Of a stretch of 64,000 nt of DNA, positions 21,136-32,556 are shown piece by piece. How positions within the stretch are numbered: position 1 is the stretch's first letter; each line of letters begins with the position of its first letter. The stretch comes from Alphaproteobacteria bacterium (lineage in GTDB: Bacteria; Pseudomonadota; Alphaproteobacteria; Paracaedibacterales; VGCI01): positions 2,376 to 66,375 of the forward strand of contig VGEY01000002.1 in the NCBI GenBank assembly GCA_016869075.1, in the 5' to 3' direction. The notes beneath the pieces are model-generated. The model was not told the origin of the DNA. It made no database searches and worked only from the letters and a program-made list of their open reading frames with translations. The translations under genes were made by a program, and so were the position numbers.

Positions 21136-23288
21136 GTCTCTCCCCATTCGGTTTCACCGCTTGACCAGGCTTTTGTGCTAATAATTCTAAGATTTTATCT
21201 CTTGGTCCATCAGCAATGATACGTCCTTGATCAATGAGTAAAATTCGATCCACCAATGTCAAAACAGAATGGCGATGCGTTACAACTATGAGTGTTTTAG
21301 AAGGAATATGTGCTTCTAATCGTTTAATAAAATTAAATTCTGACTCTGGATCCATAGAAGCTGAAGGTTCGTCGAGTAACAAAATGGCAGGATCATGTAA
21401 AAGAGCTCGTGCAACAGCAATAGCTTGCCGCTGTCCGCCAGACATTCCAGACCCCCCTTCTCCGATTGGCATATCATACCCTTGAGGATGCTGACGCACA
21501 AAATCATCTACTCCAGCTATTTCAGCCGCCTTTAGGATTTGAGCATCATCAAAGACAGCCTTGGAAAGAGCAATATTTTCACGAACTGTTCCTCTAAACA
21601 AATAGACTTCTTGAGATACATATCCAATTGATGCACGAACCTCCACGGGATCCAACTGGCGTGTATCAACCCCATCAATTAAAATTGTTCCTGAATCTGG
21701 CTGATATAAACCTAAAATTAATTTTTCAATTGTAGTTTTGCCAGACCCCATCCTTCCAATAAGAGCAACTTTCTCCCCAGCTTTAATTTTAACTGACATG
21801 TTTCTTAAAGCTTTAACTTTATGTCCAGGGTATGAAAAATCTACTTCTGAAAATTCAATATCACCTTTGAGAGCTTTGATGAATGTAGCGCATGCTGGAG
21901 GATCGTTCAGCCGGCAAGTTTACAATTGTGTCTAAGAGTTTTAAGGATGTATAGGCTTGATTAAATCGGGCTGTTAATGCAACAACACTTCCCATCGAAG
22001 CAATGGCGCGCGTGGTCAAAATTGTTGCAGCAATCAAACCTCCCACCGTTAAATTTCCAGCAGCAACTTCATATACACCAATGACAATCAAAAAGACATA
22101 TGCAGCGTTTTGTATAAAGAAAATTGCATTGGAAGATAACAGCGATATGTAATAAACCTTATTTGCTGCAAGCGCAGTTCCTGAAACGGACTCTTCCCAC
22201 TTATGGAGCATCCGTCCTTCAGCATTTAAGGATTTTACGGTTTCTATTCCCGCAAGAGACTCCATAAGAATGCCATGCTTGTATTCCATTTGAGAAAGAA
22301 GATTTTTAACAGAACCTTTCAAAGAAGGCTGCATCATAAAGCTAATGATTAATATGAGAACTATAGCAGCAACTGGTACAATGACCATTGAAATTGAGAT
22401 CATACCAATGGCAAATAAGAAAATAATTGCAAAGGGTATATCAACCAGACTTACAATCGTTGTTGAGGAGAAAAATTCTCTTACTCCTTCAAATTCTCTT
22501 AAGTAATGAGCAAGACCACCTGCTGAAGGAGGCCGATGCATTAATTGCAAGCCTAAAATCCGCTCATACAAAAAACTTCCTAGCAATACATCTGCGTTTT
22601 TTCCAGCAATATCAATAAAATATCCCCTAATCATACGCAAAAGAAAGTCAAACAAGTAGACGACAAAAATGCCCACAGATAAGACTAATAGAGTATCAAA
22701 GGCTTTATTAGGTAATACCCTGTCATAAATATTCATCGCATAAAGCGTTCCAGCCAATAAAAAGATATTAATGAGTGACGAGGATAAAATGACCTGAGTA
22801 TAAATGGAGCTAAAAACTTTTAATGTATCCCAAAACCACTCCAACGCAGCAGGTTTTGTAGGCTCAATAAGATGTAAAGGCCTATGAGCTATTAAGATAA
22901 GTTTACCTATGTAGAGTTTTTTTAATTCCTCTAATGGTAAAATGCGCGGTTCACTTTTATCTTCTGGAAAATAAACAGTGGCTTTCCCTTGTTCAATGGA
23001 AGCAAGAACACAAGCCTTTCCTCCATGTAATAGAAGGATACATGGCAATATAAGTGAAGAAATTTCACCAAATCTTTTATCGGTTATTTTTGACTTGAAA
23101 TTAAATCTCTCTGCTGCCCGCAGTAATAACCCGGGTCCAAATCCTAAAGGTCCTATAGGTAGGCCTGCTTTAAATGATTCAGCAGAGACACGATAATTTA
23201 ATAAACCTGAAATAATTTCTAAGCATTGGAGAAGAGCATCTCCATACTTGAGAGGTTCATCTGATTTCGTTTGGTAATCTTGAGCCAT
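21128..23288 (-). pseudogene. type I secretion permease/ATPase (LapB/LssB-like), split by a frameshift near 21878
   Basis: Frame 23288-21861 holds a C39-like domain and ABC TM domain (NIYDRV). The ATPase domain (KALKGDIEFSEVDFSYPG...GRMGSGKT, MSGGQRQ, LLDEP) continues in another frame. Confidence 0.88.
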
Positions 23289-23423
23289 AAAATACCCCAC
23301 AATACCTTTCTCTTCCATGAAACCACACAAAAAGTTTCAACTAGATTAATTTTAGAGAAAAAAATGTATAAAATTTATGTTAAAATGTTATTATTAAATT
23401 AAAGGCCAACTTGAGACTTTGAT

Positions 23424-25091
23424 ATGCTTAAGAAAATTCTTACAAAAATGGTTTTGAGTTTTGTTTGTTCTTTCATTTTTTGGAGAACTGCTTATACCTT
23501 ACCTAACGAAAAAAAGCCTAATCCTCCTCCGCAGGATACTCAAATACAAGATTCCTCCTGCTCAAGTGATAACCTAGGTTACCCAAAAATTAATGAAGTT
23601 TCTCAAGGGTATAAAAAACCCTTAAAAACGACCTCTACGACACTTAACCAAATTGTTAAGGAGGCCTTAACAACTCATCCAAACGTTATGGCAGATAGGG
23701 AGGCCCTCAGCGCTGCAGATGAGGTTATTACTCAAGCTTACGCAGGCTATATGCCAACCGTTGATATGCGGGTTAGCCTCGGAAGAGACAATATCCGTAG
23801 AAACTTTAGTGTTAACTCCTTAAATCCCCTCGGAAGTTCCGGTACAATTTCCACAACCCGAACGGATCCCTCTATTACCATTAAACAAATTTTATTTGAT
23901 GGAATGGCCAATGCATCTCGCGTTGATAAAGCACGCTCCCAGCGTAACCAGGCTGAGGGGACTTTAGGTGTCACTACTGATACAACAGCAATTGATGCTG
24001 CCACGTTCACTATTGACTTACGACGCCTACAAAGGCTTGTAAGAATTTCCGATAATAATATTCGTTTTCACGAAATTATGAGAGATAAAGTAGCTGAAAT
24101 AGTCGAAGCTGGCGCAGCGCCCATTTCCGACCTCGTTCAAGTGGAAGCTCGATTACATGATACTCATATTGCGAAATCAAGCATTTTGTCAGATATGGAA
24201 GTTGCACGTGCAAAATTTATTGAAGCGACAGGAAGAGAACCCCCTTCCAACATCCAGCGCGTAAGACTTCCTGCGTACCTTATCCCCTCTTCAGCGGAGA
24301 CAGCTGTCCGAATGGCTCTTGAAAATAATAATAGCCTCAAGGTCGCTAAAAGTTCCGTCCAAATTGCAGAGTCAAACCAACGAGAAACCATTTCAAAATT
24401 AGTCCCTACAGTCACTCTTGAATTAGAAGGAGAAAGGGATCGTAACATGAATGCTACATCAGGTTTTCAAAACCGCCTCACTGCAATGATTGTGGCACGA
24501 CATAACTTGTATAATGGTGGGGCAGATTTTGCAAGATCGCGAGAAACAACGAAGCGGCTAACTGAAGCTCATGCCAGATTTAGTCTTACACGCCGGCAAA
24601 CTGAACGAACCATACGCTCAGCATGGGGCGAGGCAAAAAGTTCGCGCTTAAAATCAGCCCATCTCACCAATCTTATACATGAAAAACGCGCATTACGCGA
24701 AACATATTTAACTGAATTTAGCCTAGGCAAACGTACTCTCCTTGAACTTTTAGATACTGCGAATGATGTTTTCATCTCAGAGGCCACTCGAACAACTGTT
24801 GATGCAAGTACCGATATCAACACTGTTATAGTGAGTGTGGGAACTGGCAAATTTCAAAAATACTTAGACGGTAAAAACACGGGTGAAGATATAGATTCAG
24901 ATGAGACCTCCAACATACGTGATGCAGATAATTCAGTCTATATGATACCTTATAAAAGTCCCTCAATTGGAAAGAGCAAAAAATCAAATGGAGGCGACAC
25001 TGTAAAGAGTGTAACTTACAAAAGAAAAAGTATTTTCGAGCAAAGAAAAGAAGAACGACAAAATATGTATATGAATAAAGCTTCAACCTAA
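23424..25091 (+). CDS. TolC-family outer membrane protein (LapE/AggA-like)
   Basis: Signal peptide, ALTTHP, AGYMPTVD, QILFDG and EFSLGKRTLLELLD; divergent from the T1SS ABC/MFP genes. Confidence 0.92.
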   Translation: MLKKILTKMVLSFVCSFIFWRTAYTLPNEKKPNPPPQDTQIQDSSCSSDNLGYPKINEVSQGYKKPLKTTSTTLNQIVKEALTTHPNVMADREALSAADEVITQAYAGYMPTVDMRVSLGRDNIRRNFSVNSLNPLGSSGTISTTRTDPSITIKQILFDGMANASRVDKARSQRNQAEGTLGVTTDTTAIDAATFTIDLRRLQRLVRISDNNIRFHEIMRDKVAEIVEAGAAPISDLVQVEARLHDTHIAKSSILSDMEVARAKFIEATGREPPSNIQRVRLPAYLIPSSAETAVRMALENNNSLKVAKSSVQIAESNQRETISKLVPTVTLELEGERDRNMNATSGFQNRLTAMIVARHNLYNGGADFARSRETTKRLTEAHARFSLTRRQTERTIRSAWGEAKSSRLKSAHLTNLIHEKRALRETYLTEFSLGKRTLLELLDTANDVFISEATRTTVDASTDINTVIVSVGTGKFQKYLDGKNTGEDIDSDETSNIRDADNSVYMIPYKSPSIGKSKKSNGGDTVKSVTYKRKSIFEQRKEERQNMYMNKAST

Positions 25092-25118
25092 GTTATAAAC
25101 TCACTATCTGAATAAAAT

Positions 25119-28100
25119 CTATCCTATCTCTTGTAGAATGGGACCAGCTGTCCACAAAATCATCTTCTTAATTTTATGGTTTGGATAAAGCGACTTTAAG
25201 GCGGCTTCATATGCTTCTAGTTGTTTTATATAGGCTGCTGGTACATCTTGTAAGGTGTGTGGAAAAATACTGTCGGTTTTGTAATCAACAATTGTCAATG
25301 TATCTTCTGTTACAAGTACACGGTCAATACGCCCCTGAAAATGCTCATTATTATGAAATGCAGTAACAGACACTTCTGCAAGAGAATTTTCTCCAAATAA
25401 TTTCTCGAAATCTGGACTATCAAGAATTTTTAAAACTTCTTGAATATCATTTTCCCATTCTCTCACTGAGAGTCCTTCCTTTTCTACAAATTGGCATGCA
25501 GTCGTATAGCGTTTCTCCCGTGAAAGATTGGGCAAATATTCAAAAAATTTATGGATGAGAATTCCGCGATCCATTGCAGCAGAAGAAAGGATATCTTTTT
25601 CTCTAACCTTCTTGTGAGGTGTTATATTTTTAGGACGCGATGTAACCCACTCCGGAAGAGGAAGAGGTTCTTGGATAACCAGATCATAATGTTGTTTCGT
25701 CTCAAAATTACCTAACTGATAAGAGGACGTTGCTGATTTAGCCTGCAAAGCCTCTTGAATAATTTTATACCAAGAATCAGAAGATATATCCGCATCTTTG
25801 GCACATCCTCCTACAAAAAGCCAATCTTGTGCACGGGTAAGAGCGACATAAAGCAACCGTCTTTCTTCTTCAGAAATTGCCTCTTGTCTTATATTTTTCA
25901 AATGTGTTGTCTGTTCTGTATCCTGCGCCTGAGACGGCCACAACATGACGATATCTTCTCCCCATAAAAGAAGATCATTCTTCTTATGTCCCGACTCAGC
26001 TGCATCGGGTAAGATAACAATGGGAGCTTGAAGTCCCTTGGCACCATGCACTGTCATAATGCGTACTTTGTTATGAACTGTGTTCGATGCATCGCGCTTT
26101 ATTTCCTGACTCTGATGCCCCATAAAATGCAAAAATCCTTGTAAGGATGCTGCATAATTTTGATCATAGTTTAATGCTTGAACGAGAAATTCTTCCACAA
26201 TATCTTCAACTTCATTCCCTAAGCGACTCAGGAAACGACGCAACCCTTCCCCTTGCTTTAAAACCCAACTATAAAATTCATACACTCCTAAAAAGTCAAC
26301 TTTAGTAAGACAGGCATTCAACCATAAATATGCTGCTTCAAATGAAGGATTTATAGATCTGTTTTGTGAAAGAGACTCCCATAATGTTCCTTCCCGATCA
26401 TAGGCGATGGCGTATAATTCCTCTTCGCTTAATCCAATCAAAGGACTTCTTAATACACACGCTAACGAATAATCATCTTCTGGAAGAAGGCTAAATTGCC
26501 CAAGGGCCAAGAGATCCATTACAAGAATATGGTCTGCTAAAATGAGGCGATCAGAGCCCCCTACCGGAATTTCCTGTTCTTTGAGAGCGTGCATAATTTC
26601 ATGCACCAATTCACTTCGTTTCCTAACCAAGATAAGTATATCACGTGGTTGAATTTTTTCACGCGTGGAGGGCAAAATCACCTGAGATGAAATCCAATTT
26701 TTAATCTCACGTGCTATATGACGCGCCAACAGTGTTTGAGCACTCACCTGTTCAATGCGTTCTACAGGCAACGTCCATTTCATGTCGTCCTTTGATTCTT
26801 GTTGTAAGGGAGTCATTAAGGGCCATAATTTCACAAGCCCAGGATCTTGCTCACGATAAATGTTGTGAACAATATCTGCACCCAAAAAGGACATCCCTCG
26901 TCGATTTGTTTCTTTAGAAAAAACTTCATCCACAATTGCTAATATTGTCTCAGTAGATCGATACGATAAACCCAACTCAACCTCACGCCAATTCGGTGCA
27001 TTCCTTGAGAAATGAGCGTTAAAACGCAAGAATTCATGAGGGCTTGCGCCTTGAAAACTATAGATTGATTGCTTTGCATCACCAACGACAAAAACTGTGC
27101 GATAGGGTTTATCTTGCGTAAAAAAATCTTCTGTAAGTTTAAGAATAATTTCCCATTGAGCAGAATTTGTATCTTGTGCTTCGTCAATTAAAAGATGGTC
27201 AATTCCTCCATCGAGTTTATACAAAATCCAAGATGCATTCCCTGGTAGTGTTATGAGCTTGCGTGTTTTCTGAATTAAATCTTCATAATCCAATGCGCCA
27301 TTAGCTATTTTTCGATCTTGATAGCTCTCCATAATTGCTTGAAAAAGAACAAGAAAAGCACCAGTACGCTGAATTAACTCTAATGCTAAAAGGGTTTGAT
27401 TAAACTTAAAAACGCTCTTCGCCACATGGTTTTGTTCTGGTGAAAGTTTCTTTCGAATTTCTCCTTTTTGAGTCAGGAAATTATTTTTATATGTGTCATA
27501 CTCCACTCCCTCGGGAACAAATTTCATTTTCAAATGAGGAATAAAATTCAGATCCAAAATTTCTTCCGGATGTTGAACATAGGTACTTACCTCTAAGAAT
27601 TTAAAAAGTCGCTCCAATAAATTCCACAAACTTTGCTCGTCAGAAACCAATGCCTCAACACGAGCTCTATATTGAGAAAATTCATCCAAGATATCATTAA
27701 ATCTCTGATCGCTCATATAAGGATTTAAAATAGAGAGGGCTGCTTCGACAGCCGGTGTGGGTTTTGCAAATATTAATCTTTGCACCTCTCGTAAGAGAGC
27801 TTCTCCCTCTGCTTCATCTAATACTCTGAAATGGGGGGAAATTTCAGCTTCCAAAGGAAAGCGCGCCAAAATTGCTTGACAAAAGCTATGAATGGTTTGA
27901 ATTCTTATTCCCCCGGGAGCATCCAAGACCATTGTAAACAAACTTTTTGCCTTGATCGTCAAATGAGGTGAAATGTTTTCTTCTGGGTAAAGCTCTTCAA
28001 GTTCTCCTTCTAATTTTGGCAAGGGCATAATTGCCCATTGAGCTAAACGTTGCATTAACCGATTTGACATCTCTTGAGCCGCAGCTTTTGTAAATGTGAG

Positions 28101-28244
28101 ACAGAGAATGCGTTCTGGTGCAAAACCTTCCAACAATAAGTTTAACAGACGATCTATGAGAACTTTGGTTTTACCTGTGCCTGCTGAGGCATTTACCCAA
28201 GCACTCACTTTTGGATCGGCTGCCAGATATTGTGCAGTATTCAT
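25119..28244 (-). CDS. addA: double-strand break repair helicase/nuclease AddA
   Basis: ASAGTGKT, LTFTKAAA, IDEAQDT, TVHGAKGL, YVALTRA and C-terminal GRIDR...VDYKT nuclease. Confidence 0.97.
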   Translation of the reverse strand: MNTAQYLAADPKVSAWVNASAGTGKTKVLIDRLLNLLLEGFAPERILCLTFTKAAAQEMSNRLMQRLAQWAIMPLPKLEGELEELYPEENISPHLTIKAKSLFTMVLDAPGGIRIQTIHSFCQAILARFPLEAEISPHFRVLDEAEGEALLREVQRLIFAKPTPAVEAALSILNPYMSDQRFNDILDEFSQYRARVEALVSDEQSLWNLLERLFKFLEVSTYVQHPEEILDLNFIPHLKMKFVPEGVEYDTYKNNFLTQKGEIRKKLSPEQNHVAKSVFKFNQTLLALELIQRTGAFLVLFQAIMESYQDRKIANGALDYEDLIQKTRKLITLPGNASWILYKLDGGIDHLLIDEAQDTNSAQWEIILKLTEDFFTQDKPYRTVFVVGDAKQSIYSFQGASPHEFLRFNAHFSRNAPNWREVELGLSYRSTETILAIVDEVFSKETNRRGMSFLGADIVHNIYREQDPGLVKLWPLMTPLQQESKDDMKWTLPVERIEQVSAQTLLARHIAREIKNWISSQVILPSTREKIQPRDILILVRKRSELVHEIMHALKEQEIPVGGSDRLILADHILVMDLLALGQFSLLPEDDYSLACVLRSPLIGLSEEELYAIAYDREGTLWESLSQNRSINPSFEAAYLWLNACLTKVDFLGVYEFYSWVLKQGEGLRRFLSRLGNEVEDIVEEFLVQALNYDQNYAASLQGFLHFMGHQSQEIKRDASNTVHNKVRIMTVHGAKGLQAPIVILPDAAESGHKKNDLLLWGEDIVMLWPSQAQDTEQTTHLKNIRQEAISEEERRLLYVALTRAQDWLFVGGCAKDADISSDSWYKIIQEALQAKSATSSYQLGNFETKQHYDLVIQEPLPLPEWVTSRPKNITPHKKVREKDILSSAAMDRGILIHKFFEYLPNLSREKRYTTACQFVEKEGLSVREWENDIQEVLKILDSPDFEKLFGENSLAEVSVTAFHNNEHFQGRIDRVLVTEDTLTIVDYKTDSIFPHTLQDVPAAYIKQLEAYEAALKSLYPNHKIKKMILWTAGPILQEIG

Positions 28245-28248
28245 GTGG

Positions 28249-31077
28249 TTAATATCCCCATTCTTTGAGCCGCTCTAAATGGGCATATTCATGGTGATTT
28301 GGTATAATAAAAGAATTGGGACACGCATAGAAAGGCGTTTCCTTTGCCAAGAAATGTTCAAATAATCCTTCTACACCGTGCTTTGCAGCTTCTATTAACG
28401 CCTCAGCATTATCAAAACTCACACATTCTCCTACAGGAAACCTTCCTGTCATACGCCAATAGCAGAGCGCTTCTGTAATCAGGGGTGGCAAGGAAGAAAA
28501 ACCTCCTTCCCTTAAGATGAGTCCTTCCAATGAAAGTTGTGGGGCATACCCTTGAGTGACCTCTTTCTTCGTTGGTAAACTCCCCGTTTTATAATCAATA
28601 ATTCGCGCAAAGCCAGAGGACAAAATATCAATACGATCAGCTTTCGTTGTCAGCAGAATTGGACCATTGGAAGTGGGAATTTCAAGAGACCCCTCGACTT
28701 CTGTTTTTATTTCTTGAATCAAGGGCTTTTCCTCACTCATTTTAGATAAAAACCATTCCCCTATGCGTTGAAATTGAGACCACCAAAATGCTTGTGCACG
28801 TACGTCCCGTAGCAAATGACCAAACGCTTTTTCTCCTAAATCTTCAAATAATTTCATTGCGCCTGGCGCATGAGGGTCCACACCTGATTTCACAAACGCG
28901 TCAAGCACTTCATGAATAGCTTGCCCACGCTTTAAGGGTGATAAATCTGCCTCAACTGGATCCAAGGGATATAGCTTTAAAATAGTTTTTGCATAAACAC
29001 TGTAAGGATCACGAAGGAGCGTTTCGACTGCTGTTACTGACAATCGACAGGGCCGCGCCTTAAGAGGGGGACAAGGCGACGGAGGTAAAAACGGTGAAGA
29101 TTTCATTGGCTGATCAAGTTGAGAAGCCCATGCGCCCCAAGGCTGTGAAGAAGTAAACTCCTTTTTTGCGGTTGCTAATAATGCAGCCATACGTTGCCAC
29201 CATCGACTTGGTAAGGTCGGGGTGCCATCACGCTTTAAAGATCTCGTTAAATAAACTCTAGGTGCTGAAAAAGCTGCACAAAAATCATGAGCTGACAAAC
29301 CAATTTTACGCTCCAAGGGAGGTAATCCAAATCCTTCGCGCATGGAACGACTGAGCCAAGGATCATCTTGAGGTATACTTGGCCAAACGTCTTCATTTAA
29401 CCCCCCTAGAATAACAACATTTGCCTGCAGCAATCGTGCTTCCAATGTCCCCAATATCATAAGCTGTGACCCAATTCCTTCTTTTTCTCGAACAACTTCT
29501 TCTGCCATAAGATTCCGCAAAAATGCTGGATAATCTTTAGCTGTCAAAGATGGAAATGTATCTGCGTATTCGAGAAGGGTTTGGAAAAGTGAAAAGGCTA
29601 CTTGACCATCATCCTCACTCCATAATAAGGAAACTCCTTCATTTGAATTTTCATTATCCCCAACAAGGTTCTCAGCAACAGCAATATGCGTTTTTAAAAA
29701 TTCAGAAAAAGAATGATGTCTTCCATCATTCAGGACCCTCAAGGGAGCGCATCGTTCACTACCAGGAAAATTAAGATCTTGGTGTGATCCAACTGTTTGT
29801 CCTCGTATAACTTCTCGTTCAAATTGCCGTGTTTGGTTTAAATGAAATCCTCTTAATTTACCTTTCATATAGAGAGGATGTTTTAAGAGAGCAAGTAGAT
29901 CGGTTGGCTTCATAGAGTCTACCAAAAGACTTGTTAAAAGCAGAAACCTCCCAACAACAGATTGTTTTAAGGGAAAACCACTTGATACATTTGCATGCAA
30001 TTCCCATCTTTTTAAAGCAGTTTTTACCCGCCATGCCAGTTCACGGTCGGGTGTGACCAAGGCTATCGTATTGCTTTCTTTTTCCAACTCATACCGCATG
30101 ATGAGAGCAATTTGGTTAGCTTCTTCTTCAATGGATGAAGCCTCAATGGCCTCTATTGAGGACAAAACTTCTTCTGCAATTTCCTGTGATATTGACCAAT
30201 TTTCTTGAGGTGATGCGGTCATAGCAGATGACAAAAAAATAGAACGAGAGGGTATATTTTTAATATCAGACGGCCATAACTGTGGAATTCCCAGTTTTTG
30301 TATAAGATGCATCAATGTATGCTGTGGGTGTGTTGCTGGTAAGGTTACGTGGTCACTTTCAAAAAGGGACATATCAACATAAGGTAAAACAACACAGCCT
30401 TTGTTCATTTGCAATATTGCCCCCATGAGAGCAGCAGTTGCAGGACGTGTTCCAGTTGTCCCTGCCAATATAACGGGATCCGTTGGATGCCAATATGAAG
30501 CCACTTGTTCTAGAATTAATCTTTTGCGCGCAGCAGGTTCCATAAAGCCGGCTTGAGATAAAATAGAGGGCCATTGATCTGTCAGAATTTTAAGAAAGTC
30601 AAGAGTGAGTTGCCAATGCGCTGCATAATCCTCCCCCACCAAGGTCTTTAAATTTTCTAAATTCAACTTGGAAGTTTCAACTTCATCAACAAAGTTCATG
30701 AGCTCTTGAGTTAAACGAACGGCACGTGCAGGATTTCCTATACCACCTTCTTTTTGCTCTTCAAATTTTAATACTAGATGACTTAAAAGACCTAATCTTT
30801 GCCAATTTGGAAGTGAAGGTGGAAGAATTTCTGGTGGCACATATCCGGGCAAATCCATTCCTTCCTCTATGTCTGCCAAAGCAATAATGCGAGGTAAAAC
30901 ACTTGTTGATTTTCTTGCTGTAAATGCTTGGTGTAACGCCAAGCACCCACGTCGTGTTGGTAAAATAACAACGGAACGAGCAAGACTTAATGGATCACTC
31001 ACAGCCTCATTTAACAACCCTTCAACAAGAGTTGATAAGAAAGGAACACCACTTGGTATTGCATATAGTCCTTTCAT
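28249..31077 (-). CDS. addB: double-strand break repair protein AddB
   Basis: LPTRR, ALVTPDRELA, GTLEARL, LSVT.VE..RDPY and KADRID...IIDYKTG; precedes addA. Confidence 0.96.
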   Translation of the reverse strand: MKGLYAIPSGVPFLSTLVEGLLNEAVSDPLSLARSVVILPTRRGCLALHQAFTARKSTSVLPRIIALADIEEGMDLPGYVPPEILPPSLPNWQRLGLLSHLVLKFEEQKEGGIGNPARAVRLTQELMNFVDEVETSKLNLENLKTLVGEDYAAHWQLTLDFLKILTDQWPSILSQAGFMEPAARKRLILEQVASYWHPTDPVILAGTTGTRPATAALMGAILQMNKGCVVLPYVDMSLFESDHVTLPATHPQHTLMHLIQKLGIPQLWPSDIKNIPSRSIFLSSAMTASPQENWSISQEIAEEVLSSIEAIEASSIEEEANQIALIMRYELEKESNTIALVTPDRELAWRVKTALKRWELHANVSSGFPLKQSVVGRFLLLTSLLVDSMKPTDLLALLKHPLYMKGKLRGFHLNQTRQFEREVIRGQTVGSHQDLNFPGSERCAPLRVLNDGRHHSFSEFLKTHIAVAENLVGDNENSNEGVSLLWSEDDGQVAFSLFQTLLEYADTFPSLTAKDYPAFLRNLMAEEVVREKEGIGSQLMILGTLEARLLQANVVILGGLNEDVWPSIPQDDPWLSRSMREGFGLPPLERKIGLSAHDFCAAFSAPRVYLTRSLKRDGTPTLPSRWWQRMAALLATAKKEFTSSQPWGAWASQLDQPMKSSPFLPPSPCPPLKARPCRLSVTAVETLLRDPYSVYAKTILKLYPLDPVEADLSPLKRGQAIHEVLDAFVKSGVDPHAPGAMKLFEDLGEKAFGHLLRDVRAQAFWWSQFQRIGEWFLSKMSEEKPLIQEIKTEVEGSLEIPTSNGPILLTTKADRIDILSSGFARIIDYKTGSLPTKKEVTQGYAPQLSLEGLILREGGFSSLPPLITEALCYWRMTGRFPVGECVSFDNAEALIEAAKHGVEGLFEHFLAKETPFYACPNSFIIPNHHEYAHLERLKEWGY

Positions 31078-31114
31078 GAATGTCAAACCATTTCCTTAGA
31101 CAAAAAGAAAGCCG

Positions 31115-31801
31115 TCATTCAACCTCCTTCATAATCTTTTCCACTAGTGAACTTACTTCTTTATAGGCAATATCCCCTCGTTGACCGTAGTGTACTATTC
31201 TTAAAAATTCTCCCCATACTCTGCTCATAGAATCAGAATTTTTATACCAATTGTCCCTTGTAATATAGGAGGAAACATGAGGATAAAGAGCATCAAATGT
31301 CTTTTGCTCATACTTTACGTTGGGTAAAAATTTTTTAAGTGTTAAATAATCACGTCCTGCACTAAAACATTTTGTAACGAAAGCTAGATGACGAGCACCT
31401 TGCAAGAAAGAAAGAGAGTTTTGTACATTTTCAAGGCAATTATTAGAGAGAGTATCCAGGTGAATCTCCATATTAGAAGGGAGGAATTTTACAATATGAT
31501 CATATAATACCTCAGCCTCTGGTTTTGCTATTTTGTAAGAATCTGTATAAGACGGCATTCCACCAGAAATGATAAGCTTCTGAGGCTTAACATTTTCGAT
31601 AACATTTATAATAGCCTCTGCACACTTATCGAAAGATACGGCTGTGCCAAATACAAAAACTGTGTCTGCACTCACACCTGATAAATCACTGTCCGATCTA
31701 AAGCAAAGTTCAGATAAATTTTTTATAGCTTTTTCACTCAAGAAGGGAGCTTTGGGCAGTTTTGAAATTTCTCTTTCCATCTTGCTGGTTGCCTTTTTCA
31801 A
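31115..31801 (-). CDS. YdcF / DUF218 family protein
   Basis: VFVFG, LIISGG, EAE and SNNCLENVQNS motifs; start uncertain (TTG 31801 or ATG 31780). Confidence 0.8.
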   Translation of the reverse strand: MKKATSKMEREISKLPKAPFLSEKAIKNLSELCFRSDSDLSGVSADTVFVFGTAVSFDKCAEAIINVIENVKPQKLIISGGMPSYTDSYKIAKPEAEVLYDHIVKFLPSNMEIHLDTLSNNCLENVQNSLSFLQGARHLAFVTKCFSAGRDYLTLKKFLPNVKYEQKTFDALYPHVSSYITRDNWYKNSDSMSRVWGEFLRIVHYGQRGDIAYKEVSSLVEKIMKEVE

Positions 31802-31833
31802 AGTACTTCAAAAAATTAAACACTCTTATTTTT

Positions 31834-32556
31834 TTATAAACTCTTCACGCGCTTATCTGATGAAATTGCTTTTAAACTTTCTAGGGTTCCAATATCTCCC
31901 CACTCCCCATCAAAGACTAAACCATAGAGACGCCCATTGCTTTCTGCTTTGTGAAAGAAAGGAACTATGGAGAATGGTTGAATCTTTTCACCCTCTAAGA
32001 GGCGTGGATGGAGAATTCGAATACCTGTAAATATATAGGGCCTCATTTCTTCCTTGCCCCTATATTTTAATTTACCACTCGCTGTGAGAAAATAATCCCC
32101 CACACCAGAATACCCCATGGCTTTTTCTCGTGGCATGAGAAGGAGCAATGCATCCATTTTTTCAGAATCCCACATTTCATTAAGATGTTGTAAACAAGAG
32201 TGCTGAGCATCACGCCACCAAATATCCGCATTTAATACAAAAAATGGTTCTCCACTAAAATGAGGAAGAGCCTGAGCAATGCCCCCGCCTGTGTCTAGAA
32301 GAATGGGCTCATGGGAAATATAAATTTCTGGTTTTCTTCGTCTCTGAAGGTGTGCCTGAATTTGATCTGCAAGATGGTGGGTATTCACAACGCATCTTTG
32401 AACACCATACGCATCTATTTTATCGAGGGCATGATCCAACATTGTTTTCCCGCCGATTTTAATCAAAGGTTTGGGCGTATGGTCCGTTAAAGGCCTGAGC
32501 CTTCTCCCTTCTCCTGCAGCGAGAATCATAGCTTGAATAATGGAATTATTGCTCAT
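31834..32556 (-). CDS. murU: nucleotidyltransferase (MurU-like MurNAc-1-P uridylyltransferase)
   Basis: AMILAAGEGRRLRPLT..PKPL, LDTGGG and W.DIGT; conserved position upstream of addB. Confidence 0.82.
   Translation of the reverse strand: MSNNSIIQAMILAAGEGRRLRPLTDHTPKPLIKIGGKTMLDHALDKIDAYGVQRCVVNTHHLADQIQAHLQRRRKPEIYISHEPILLDTGGGIAQALPHFSGEPFFVLNADIWWRDAQHSCLQHLNEMWDSEKMDALLLLMPREKAMGYSGVGDYFLTASGKLKYRGKEEMRPYIFTGIRILHPRLLEGEKIQPFSIVPFFHKAESNGRLYGLVFDGEWGDIGTLESLKAISSDKRVKSL

Noticed and set aside
21855-21885. Programmed ribosomal frameshift in the T1SS ABC gene
   Set aside because: No canonical slippery heptamer, prfB-like CTT-TGA or long homopolymer at the junction; an indel is simpler.
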